Below, piece by piece: positions 25,452-37,769 of a stretch of DNA of 64,000 nucleotides. Every line of letters begins with the position of its first letter. Position 1 is the stretch's first letter. The translations under genes were made by a program, and so were the position numbers. Source of the DNA: Octopus sinensis (taxonomy: Eukaryota); contig NC_042997.1 of the NCBI RefSeq assembly GCF_006345805.1, forward strand, positions 6,076,001-6,140,000, in the 5' to 3' direction. The notes beneath the pieces were generated by a model. It was not told where the DNA came from. It was given only the letters and a program-made list of their open reading frames with translations, and searched no databases.

Positions 25452-25814
25452 ATGCACACCCATAAGCCATGCCATCATTACTGTCATGGATATCATGACC
25501 ACTGTCATTTTCATGGTCAATGCCTAACTCACACTCACTGCCTCAGTCATGATCACTGATACGCTCACAATCACTCTCAGAGCCATGGCGTCTGCATACA
25601 CAAACTACCATGTAAATTTATGATAGCCAAACATCAAGCGAATGTAGCTGCTAAACAGGCTGTAGTTGCGACTCAGCAGGTTGTGGTAGCAGCTGAACAA
25701 TCAAAGGTGGCTACAATGTTATCACAAATGATACCAAAGCCATGTGAAGGTTACTCGATTGAAAGAGCGCCCAATGAGCGTTGCCTTACGGACCTTGCGG
25801 CCGACAGGGCCTAG
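25452..25814 (+). pseudogene. His/Cys-rich plus heptad-repeat reading frame with one internal TGA (25557-25559)
   Basis: MHTHKPCHHYCHGYHDHCHFHGQCLTHTHCLSHDH*YAHNHSQSHGVCIHKLPCKFMIAKH-QANVAAK-QAVVATQ-QVVVAAE-QSKVATM-LSQMIPKPCEG...; conserved Q/V/A positions use different synonymous codons. Confidence 0.35.
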
Positions 25815-25984
25815 CGCACCTTGTCCATGCCGTTGCCCATAGAATTTCACAGTTGATATTAACGACGCATCAACATCTGATTTCGAACAGTGTGAGCCTG
25901 CACGGTGAAACTATGCCTCTGCCCAAATGCTCCCCGACTTACCATTCAAACAGTGCGAGATCCAAGAAAAGAAAAATATATATA

Positions 25985-27124
25985 TCTCCATATATATAAA
26001 ACTGAGAATGTGTGTATGTCTGTCTGTCTGTCTGTGTGTTTCCCTAAAGCTTGAGAACTGCACAATCAATTTCATTCAAATTTTACACATGCCTTACTTG
26101 GGGTCCGGGGAGTGTCATCCACAAAAGAAGTTAACTTTTTGTCTAGGGCGAGCCCACAGCAATATCATAACTTCTACACTACGATTCCCTAAAACTTGAC
26201 ACAACCAATTTCATTCAAATTTTACACATGCCTTACTTAGCGTCCATGTAGTTTCATGGGCAAAACAATGTTCAACTTCTTGCCTAGAGTGAGCCCATAG
26301 CAATATCGTATCTTCTCCACTATTTCAGTATTACATGTTAAAAGTGAAACAAAAATATTTCTCTATCTTATGTCAGATACTTTCACTTTAACAAAAAAAA
26401 TAATGATAACAATCGAATTATATGTAGTAAGTAATAATTAAAATCAAACTAAAGTATAATATAGTCGTAACATAACACAAGTAAAAATAGCAATTTGTAT
26501 AAAATTGCATCAATGACTTGAACTTGAATAAGTGGTTTCACATGAATGGGAATAAATTAAAAATAAAATTAGCGTGCAGAAATGGAATTGTCCAGATGGA
26601 TAATAAAAAATTAAATTAAAGAAAAGACTAATGTCTATAAAGTATACAATGTAGAGAAAAAAGATTTGAACACCTGGAGGAAAGCACAATCGAAAAGTTT
26701 CTTGGTGCGGCTATGAAAGTTTCGAGTCAACGGAGCGTGCAAGGGAGTACTCGACTCGAACTTGCAAAGTGGAAATATTTTATTTTTACCTTTATATCTG
26801 GGACGTAGGACGTGCCGGATAAAAAAATTACAATGCCCCCCCCCCCACAGAAGTTGAGGTAGACTGAATTGTAGCCACACTTCTATACAAGAGGGAGGAC
26901 AAGATACAATTGATCGAAATTGCAAGAGACGGGCTTACAATTCCAGTCTTTTATATATTTTGAATACTGTTATCACTAGTGATATCAAGATATAACTTTG
27001 TATTTTTTATTTTATGTGTAGATGTATATATATATATATATGCACATGTAATATGTACACATACATATACACATATATACATGCACTAGCACTATGACCC
27101 GGCAAAGACGGGTCATAATGCTAG
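25985..27124 (+). mobile_element. Non-autonomous Helitron-like element
   Basis: A|TC start followed by tatatataaaactgagaatg and (TCTG)n (Lep1-like layout); 3' GC-rich hairpin atgacccg-gcaaaga-cgggtcat then CTAG|T. Linking these two ends as one element is inference. Confidence 0.6.
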
Positions 27125-27476
27125 TATATATATAGTTGAATAAGGTTTTAAGAAATCATACAAATCAAAAATCATCATCAAAAAAGTAAATAAAGTTGGA
27201 AAAGACAGAGAAATATATTTTAGAGAATGTTTAACACTTGTTACAATGATTTAACATATAACCAGTTTTGGTGAATCCATCTTATCAAATATCGAAAGAA
27301 ATTTTTATATATAAATATATCCGTACGTGCATGTGTGTTTGTGTGTGTGTGTGCATGTGTCTGTGTCGCTGTCGTTATTATTCTTGTTACAGAATAATAA
27401 TTTAGTATACCACAACAGTATGTAATAATCTTTCACATCAATGTAAAATTGTTTTCATTATAACTTAATTTAATAC

Positions 27477-27680
27477 AGTGAGCTGACAGAATCATTAACG
27501 TCTCGGACAAAATGGTTAGCGCATTTCGGCTATCTTCGCATGCTGTCTTCAAATCACGCCGATGTCGACTTTGTCTTTCATCAATTCGGGTAGAAAAAAA
27601 TTAATTCCACTGCAATACTGGGGTTGATATATTCGACTCATTCATTTCTCTGATGTTCCTGGCCTTATGCAACAAATTCA
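27477..27680 (+). mobile_element. Degenerate SINE family A
   Basis: gtgagctgacagaatcattaacgtc...gccgatgtcgactttgtctttcatc...atactggggttgatatattcgac. Confidence 0.7.
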
Positions 27681-27701
27681 AATAAATATTGATTTCAAAT
27701 A

Positions 27702-27897
27702 AGGCGAGGAACTAGCAGAATAATTAGGACGCCGGGTGAAATGCTTCGCGGCTTTTCGTTCGTCTTCACGGCTAATTCCAAATTCTGCCTTTCATCCTTG
27801 GCATTTATTTTGTTGGTATTGTTAAAATAAGTACTGGGGTCGATGCAACCGTCTTAATCGTCCACCGAAATTCATGGATTCGTGCCAAAATTAAAAA
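27702..27897 (+). mobile_element. Degenerate SINE family A (tandem with the previous copy)
   Basis: aggcgaggaactagcagaat...gggtgaaatgcttcgcggc...ctgcctttcatcc...aagtactggggtcgatg. Confidence 0.65.
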
Positions 27898-28090
27898 TTT
27901 TTACTCCAGAACAGGTATTTCTGGAAGGAGCTAAGTGGATTGCATCGGCTTCCAGGGATCAACTAGTACGTAATTTACAACGCTTGACTGGTAGTTGTTT
28001 TATCGGTGTATATATGTATATATGTATGTATGTATGTATGTATATATATATATATGTCCCATTTTGTAGTATATATACATGTATATATAT

Positions 28091-28145
<55 letters not shown>

Positions 28146-28605
28146 TATGTAGGAATGTATACATATGTATGCATATATGCATCTATTTATATATATACAC
28201 GCACATATGAGGGCAAACAATTTGTAGAAAGCTAAGCAAATATCATCCTTTGTTATTATCAACCTATTGTCACAATACGGTGAAAATATTCCAGCTACCG
28301 GATATGCATTCGAAATTCCAAAGTACGTAAAATGTGCGGTAGAGAAAAATTTTATAATGGATGTGTGTACGTGGGTATATCTGAAATCTTCTGTTATTAG
28401 TCATAGAATTTGACAAACGGTATTATCTTGTCCTATTAACACACCAGCGTACTGAAGAGGTACTTGGATAAATACTTAAATGACTTAATCGATTTGTCTG
28501 AATGAACAATTCGCACCGACGTCACAAAATTGCACAACTCCAGTTGGTGTAACGACCACTATGAGAAAGGGTATATAAAAATAACGAATGTATCTATCTC
28601 GTTCC

Positions 28606-28645
<40 letters not shown>

Positions 28646-28764
28646 CTTTCTACCTACTTAACTTGCGTATTAATGCTCCCATTGGTTTCAAGCAATATAA
28701 TACTACAACTAGCAAGGCTCTCACATGCAATACCGATGCTGTATGCGATTGGCTTGATACTTTT

Positions 28765-28970
28765 TGGCAGAATCATTAGCATGCTGGACAAAACGTTTAG
28801 CGGCATTTCGTTCTACTTTACGTCCTGAGTTTAAATTTTGCCATGTTCGACTTCGCCTTTCGGAATCGTTCCGGGGGCGATTAAATAAATACTAGCTGAA
28901 TTCTGGGATTGATTTAAATCAAAATATCCCCTCCCCGAAATTTCTATCGTTGTGCCAGAATTTGAAATCA
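28765..28970 (+). mobile_element. Degenerate SINE family A
   Basis: tggcagaatcattagcatgctggacaaaacgtttagcggcatttcg...cctgagtttaaatttt...cccctccccgaaattt. Confidence 0.7.
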
Positions 28971-29639
28971 GTATTCAGTCGTCACTTTGAAATTAATTTA
29001 CTTTTACTCCTTGACATTATATACCCTCGTGTTGTGAAAAATGCATTACGTGGGGGTTAATTTGAGGATGATATTTGATGAAATTCATTTTTGAACTACT
29101 GAAATTTCATCTAATTTTGCCTGCAATTCATCACTCTGAATTTCTCTTCTCTAATTTCAAATATTCACTCCCCTACATGTTGCACTGCACGAAATATATG
29201 TAATTACTTTTCGCAAATTTTAAACACACAAGCACGCACATATACCTGTTTTATACATATAATTTTGATTGCAATCATTGATATATTCCTTTGTCGATCA
29301 ATAATGAAAAATCATCAATAAATGTATTAAAAAATCACTATTTTGTAAAAGAGTAATATATAGTAATGTAATATCGCAAAAGTAGTGTTTTTACTTATAC
29401 AAATGTGTCTACTGATCTCCCGGTAACGCAAATAGTCATTTGTTTGGTGGAATCTCTAGAGATAGGTTTTGTATTGAAACAAACATTTCCTTTTTTTTCC
29501 TTGAGATCAGTCATTGTTAATGCCTAATTATATTCCATTATAGTGTTTTCCTTCTAGAACACATAACTTTCGCTTTATAGTAATATTTATGCAATGCAAA
29601 TAATTAATAATATTAAAATAAACAGACTTATTCCCAGTA

Positions 29640-30420
29640 ACCATTTATAATAACAGTAAATATCCTTTGAACATACTGCAAATACCTCATCTCCATCACC
29701 AGTCACCAATTAATCGTTTTCGTTTTGTATTTTCTCTCTTCGTCCAGTCCAAAAGTATCCTTTCCTTTAACTTCTTGGGGTGATTTTGGAAGACCTGGCC
29801 GTTCAATGTTTTCTCGCTTCAAAAGTGTACCAACGAACTGGTCTTTTTCCAGAGATATTCCTTAACAGATTACCGTAAGAGAAATTCCCTATAGATTGGA
29901 ATAAAACTACAGCAAATTTACAGTTGGTATATTTCATATCACTTCCTCTACATTCTTCACTACAAATACTTTAATGTCCACTCATAATTCCACCGTCCTA
30001 CAACCAATTTGGACGATGATCAGAGTATGAAATTTAAGCGAATCACATTTTCTTGTATATTTTGCAACGGGGTAATCCTCAATAGAAGGTTATCGCAGCT
30101 TACTCTCCCACTGAGGCTGTTAAGTTGCAACTACCATGCCCCACACGCTCTTCCTCGTTCATTTTATTTACAATTACACAAAATTACATCGCTAGCAAAG
30201 CCCCAAAGATACTTCTAATTTTCTTATCCGAGTTCTCTACTTCACTCAACATCCTTGAGACTGATGTCCTTCATCGAGAATTAACTAGAATCTGCTTAAA
30301 CGTCTGGTTCACAATCTCTTCATCTCTTGCATTATCCAAATGGATCCTTCTCCACATGATAACATTCAGGGTATCACTAATTTACACAGACCTACAACAT
30401 TCTGCCATCTGATCAAACGA
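29640..30420 (-). mobile_element. Possible very old LINE APE-endonuclease relic
   Basis: Minus-strand ITFY*G...ISYSDHRP resembles the APE C-terminal SDH motif; many stops and little other support. Confidence 0.2.
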
Positions 30421-32039
30421 TTCACTTATACCTTTGTATAACGCCAACTCTGCACTTCCTTCTATATTCGGTATTCTGTTTCATGACAGACTGATAGTTA
30501 TTAAGGGATATGGAACAAATATGACGGATAATTTGCATCCGCAGACCATCACGTCGTTTCTTTGCGTAGCATTAGTCAGATGTCTACTTGAATGCAAAAG
30601 ATATTGCAGCAGGGTGTCTGAAAGGCGATCGAATTTGTGTGAGGAGAAATCTAAGGTGATGTGGAAAGGAATATTTAGGAACGTGGGGCTGTATGTGGAC
30701 GAAAAGAAACAGTGTCCACTGAAATGTAGGAAGCAGGGAGTTCAGACATGAAGAAGCACAATTATATTGGAAAGATCACCGTAGATGTAAAGTGATGGAA
30801 TTGAGTAAATACATTTGTTCATGTATATTAATACACACATACACACAAATAGGAACCGTAACGACTACTTGAGTGTACACAGTTGTCAGATATCTTGGAT
30901 TATGCGTTTCAACTGAACATCAAATTTAGATTATATGTAATAGGATTCTCGTCTCCTTGAAACCGAAACAATAAATTCTCTGAATAAATTAATCTTGTGA
31001 TTGGGAATCTACTCGCCACTCTGGAAAAGGAATTATTTCAACTACTACGCACCATAAACATTGTCACTCTACTTTCGCCCCCATCGTTTGACATAAATTC
31101 AGATACAAACTATCATTTGTTTGTGCTGCTTTGTTCGCATGCTCAACTATTATCCACATCACTCCTGTCCTATATCAATAACTCGTGCTTGTAGACACAT
31201 GACATGCTCATTGAAATCATTACAACTTCATCACAGGATATCGCTTCTTCATCGTACATTATTTTCTTACAACATCTCAATCTACATATTTCCTCATTAC
31301 GCAGCTAGGAATGCATTTCATTTGGCTGCATTTTCAAAGCAGCACCGTATTTTTAATCCCTTAACATTATTTCACTTTTATCTTCATTTATCTTTTTTAA
31401 GAAGGACCACTGTTTGAAACGTTGGATTCCTGTACCGTATATCCTTGTTCGCTGTTTGTTGAGTTATACTGTCCTTGATTTCAGTGTCTCTCTAAATAGA
31501 TTTACTAATATTATAGAATGCATGGTAACCCAGAATTTAATTTAGAACAGTGACATCGATGCGGACGACAAAGGCATTACATAAAAATTACTAGTAATGA
31601 ATGATATGATTAGAAGAACGACGATGGCGGTTCTCATAATGATGATGATAATAGTTCCGATGAGCAGCAGAAGTATAACTAAGAGATGATTAATATAATG
31701 GTGGATGTAAGAAAATAAAAGTAGAATGTAGCAAAAAAACCCAAAAGAAACAAAGAAAAACATAATTCGTGAATAAATGATAGCAGTAATTAAGGGGATT
31801 GACAAATTTGAAAATGTTACGTATGATTTTAGTGTTAGTCATCAGGATTTTGATACTGTGCATGTTGAAAATGATGATGATGTTGACGCTGACGCTGACG
31901 ATGAATAGACAGTGATAGAAATTTCGAGAAAGCAGTAAATGAGAAAAGAATTAAAAGATGAATAATCATAACAATAATAGCAACAATAATAAGAATAAAC
32001 AATAACAGAGAAAAGTAAAAGGCAAAAGAAAGTGATGAC

Positions 32040-32043
32040 TAGA

Positions 32044-32074
<31 letters not shown>

Positions 32075-32099
32075 GTAGTAGTAGTAGTAGTAGTAGTAC

Positions 32100-32149
<50 letters not shown>

Positions 32150-32296
32150 GCAACAGCTTAATGAAGAAGAAGAAGAAGAAGAAGAAGAAGAAGATAAAGA
32201 ATATAAAGAAGAAGAAGAAGGAGAAGAAGAAGAAGAAGAGAAGAAGAAGAAGATGAAGAAGAAGATAAAGAAGATAAAGAAGAAGAAAGAGAAGAA
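32040..32296. repeat. (ATT)n-(AGT)n-(AAG)n compound microsatellite
   Basis: Directly visible. Confidence 0.95.
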
Positions 32297-32859
32297 GAAT
32301 GCAGCAAGTTGTTAAAACTGAAAAAGAAGGGAACGAAAATGATGCAAAGTAGTTGAACAGCCGGATGTTAGGAAGTAACACACGCCATGGAGAAGACAAA
32401 TTACTGCATCAATCGATAAAAAGACGACATTGAGCTGCAATATTATCGAATGATTAAACCATGTGACCGGAAATTGAAGTAGAAGAACGGTTGTAATATG
32501 ATCCGGCCATGTTTAATAGAGCTGTCAATCTTTGCTGGCTAGAATCACGGTTTAAGTGTGTGAACAATAGGGCTTCTCACTCAGTGGAGCCAGATAAGTT
32601 GCAACTATGGTTGTACAAGTGCCAATAACAAAATATGCACGTTGACTGTACTACACTAAAATATACTAAATAATCGAATTGATAATTCAAATAGTTTGCT
32701 TTATAGGTTTCTAAAGTTTTACAATAACAAAACAAATTGCCTACGTTTGTTTTCTATCGAAAAATGATCATGTATCGGAACTTTAATTACAAATATAAAA
32801 CAATATACGTGAAAGAAACATGTGTCAAAGATCAAGTAATAAAAGCGTTGGTGATTCTG

Positions 32860-32861
<2 letters not shown>

Positions 32862-32932
<71 letters not shown>

Positions 32933-33101
32933 TATATATATTATACGTACATAGTACGTACATATATACATATATATATATACATACACGCCTTTATTCA
33001 CAACTAATTCTGAGTTAGTGAGAAATAGTATCATAATCATCATCATCATTAGCATCAGTCTTCTTCTTCTCCTCCTCCTTATTATTATTATTATATTATT
33101 A

Positions 33102-33140
<39 letters not shown>

Positions 33141-33198
33141 CATATTATTATTATTATTATTATTATTATCATTATTATTATTATCATTATTATTAATA

Positions 33199-33244
<46 letters not shown>

Positions 33245-33252
33245 CATTATTA
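32862..33252. repeat. (TA)n then (ATC)/(ATT)n microsatellites
   Basis: Directly visible. Confidence 0.95.
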
Positions 33253-33699
33253 ACAAAACATTTATTTTCATTTTTGATGAAATATGTTTGTTTTGAATAT
33301 TGATACTATTTTGGACGGGGAATTTTTTCAGATCGTCATACTTAGCATAGAAGCAAAAAAAAATTGTATAACTACTTTTCTTATTGAAATTAAGATTGAA
33401 TTCAAATTTGCCAAAAATGCAATTGTTTTTCTAGATGAAATATGGGGCTTAAAATATAATACATTCAGTAAAGATATGGCGACGAAACGGAATGCTGTTT
33501 CAAGTTTATGCTTCTTTCAGATATCCCCGTGTAAATACTCAATTCTAATAATCTAACATACGCCATGTTTATATAGTGAAATATATTTCGGGCTGGATTA
33601 TACAGAAACGAATTGAGATTCTAAGATCTTTTTTAGCTGAAAGCATGTAAATCTGCACAAACACTAGAAACTCTTGTTAAATTTGAATGACTACGATGC

Positions 33700-34090
33700 T
33701 GCTGCTGCTGATGTTGAAATTAACAACGAAATTAGAGAATATATTAAAATAACAATAATTATAATTATATCGATTGTTAACGTTGCTGTTTCTATTACTG
33801 TGTTAGCTGTAATAACAACAATGATATTGTTATTATGATTATTATTATTATTATTATCATCATCATCATCATCATCATCATTATTATTATCATTATTATT
33901 ACCATCATCATCATCATCATCATTATTATTATTACCATCATCATCATCATTAGTATTACCATCATCATCATCATTATTATTACCATCATCATCATCATCA
34001 TTATTATTACCTTCATTATTATTATTATTATTTATTATTATTACCACATCATCATCATTATTATTGTTATTATTATTACCACATCAACAC

Positions 34091-34161
<71 letters not shown>

Positions 34162-34250
34162 CATCGTCATTATTATTATTATTATTATTATTACCACTAT
34201 TATCATTATTATTATTATTATTATTATTAATAATAATAATAATAATAACA
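33700..34250. repeat. (ATT)/(ATC)n compound microsatellite
   Basis: Directly visible. Confidence 0.95.
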
Positions 34251-34525
34251 GTTAATATCAATAATTATTAGTTACTATCAGTATTGTTGCAGTTGAAATT
34301 CTACCGATATGCAATGTGTGTTTTAGTGAAACGATGAATAATGCATAAACATGAATGCTATAATTTTTGAAAGAGTAAACTGGGTGTATTTATCCAATTA
34401 CAACCATATTTTAAAACATTCAAATATGAATCTGCCGCCGAACTAATCCAAGGGATTATCTTGAGGGTAGACAAAATATTATAACAAGTGCTCATCTTCA
34501 AAATCTATGTATTCAGATGTGTGTG

Positions 34526-34616
<91 letters not shown>

Positions 34617-35159
34617 TGTGTGTGTGTGTGTTGTGTGTGTGTGTGTGTGTCAGTGTAATGCATGGACGTTTTTATGCTTATACTCTGATTATATACTTTG
34701 AATGAAGCATTTGTATACTTCCGATACGATTTTCGCAGTCTATGCAGACTGGACGACTTCAGATTCTCAGATGGTTTAAAGAAAGATAAGCAGTTATATT
34801 TTGATTCATTCAAATAGTTATGACTCGCAAAATACACACACATAAATACAAACGTACACATACACCGCATATAGATGCACAAGCGTAGTACTACTACAAT
34901 CATACAAGCACCACTACCACCACTACTACTACTACTACTGTACTATATGGTACTACAGTAATCATATGTGCTTGTATAGCACGTTGTGTACTCTTCAAAC
35001 ATTAGTAGTATATTGGTTTCAATTAAATTCTGTATTTCTTAAATGATACATATCTCTCAAAATATGGGGGAACTATATTGTTGATTACAATGTAACAGAA
35101 CAGTATACATATGTGTATATATATATGTGTGTATGTATGTATGTATATATATATATATA

Positions 35160-35229
35160 CTTTGATACTTTGATAGGTTTCGGCCATTATTGCCCTAGGC
35201 CATGTCTAACTTAATAGCACCACCTGGTA
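35160..35229 (-). mobile_element. Extreme 3' tail of a LINE
   Basis: Reverse complement ccaggtggtgctattaagttagacatggcc...tggccgaaacctatcaaagtatcaaagta matches tcaggtgatgctattgacttggacatggcc...tggtcgaaacatatc at 42295-42352; tandem AAAGTATC tail. Confidence 0.6.
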
Positions 35230-36284
<1,055 letters not shown>

Positions 36285-36429
36285 CCACAAATATACAAAC
36301 ATACAGAAACAGATATATATATATATATATATACATTTTTTTTTTATTTAGTTTCAGCTCACAAGCTGTGGCCATTCTGGGTATTACTAACGTGGTATTA
36401 CTAATGTGTTATAAGTCGGCATTTTAGAT

Positions 36430-37330
36430 GTTCTTCGAGCTCTTTATTCCCGTTCCTATTAACTGTATTGGGAAGCCAAGCAATAAATTCTCGAACATAC
36501 GTCATTCTCGCACCTTATCTGTTAAAACCCTCATAGCTAACTTTAGTAATAGTATACCTAATAACTCTTCTCTTGATAATGCAGCCCCGTATTTTAAAAA
36601 TGCCGCAGCTAATAGCGGCTTCAAAGATAAGCTTTATTACAAGCCTTCTATTAAATATGTGAATCTTTAAAATGAACCTAGAAATAGAACTTGGAAAATA
36701 ATTTGGTTCATTCACTCTTTGTCCTAAGAGTTAAAGCTTACGTAGAGCAAGGAATTCCTGTCTCTTTTCGATAGTGATTCCCTAGTTAAGCAATAATATA
36801 GGAAGTTTTTTAACAGACGCTCGATTAAAATATCATACAATATGAAGAATATTAAAATATCATACAATATGAAGAATATTGACTCTTGTAAGCATCACCA
36901 AGAATGCACATCCAGTTGTAAATGCTGAGACTGAAGTTTGCCTACTTTCCAATGCACGTATGATAAACCCCGTTGTACATGAAGCAAAAATCACAGAAAT
37001 AAGTCGTAACCAAAAAGAAAAACTATACTGAGTTATCCGAAGGCGATATAAAAGGAAACTAACTGAAACAACTAATTACTTTCAGACAAAAGTAATGTCA
37101 CTAAGTTGGGTAGCCATGTATGGTGGTTGAAGACCAACTACACATCACATGCAATCCGGTGGAGAATCGTAGAGAAATCCATGTCATACATTAACGAATC
37201 TAAGTTGTGCAAACTATGCGTAGCGAAATGATCACACGTTTTGTTTAGATCTAAGAATTACATCATACTCTCGAATTTCGTTTACGAAACATTCTGCATA
37301 TGTAAATATATGAACAACTTCTTTTGATGA
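36430..37330 (+). mobile_element. Penelope-like element, RT thumb plus C-terminal GIY-YIG (IIWF-type lineage), pseudogenised
   Basis: KPSN...NNSSLDNAAPYFKNAAANSGFKDKLYY; RNRTWKIIWF; KEFLSLFD..YRKFFNRRSIKISY; CKC*D; VVHEAKIT; NYTELSEGDIK; TKLGSHVWWLK...IRWRIVEKSMSYINESKLCKLCVAK; many stops and frameshifts. Confidence 0.8.
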
Positions 37331-37731
37331 AAGGACAGGGTATCACCTTCTCCGTATTCAGCAGCTCTCTCGCAGATTTTGTGCTACAACAACTAGATTA
37401 ATTATAGTTTCACGCCAACGGACAAATAATTCCAATTTTCTTCCTTTTCTCTACTTTCACCGTTGTTTTCATCATTTCACTTTTATATCTGCCCTTTCTT
37501 CTTTCCGATGAATTCTCTTGTACTAGCGTAAATTCAATGCACAATGTACACATGGACCAGGTATTGCTTGGAGAAACACCTCGAGATATAAATACCTACA
37601 TCACCAGTGCAAGAAACTGCTAGTTGGTGTATCTTTATACTGTGTACATGAAATGATATTGATCTCTCCCTGAATAGAGTTCGATTTTGTTGATTTCTTG
37701 ATACATATATGCATAACTAAATACATATACG

Positions 37732-37769
<38 letters not shown>

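Noticed and set aside
35170-35205. GGCC...GGCCGAAAC on the minus strand as a hammerhead
   Set aside because: No CUGANGA core; better explained as a LINE 3'-UTR stem-loop.
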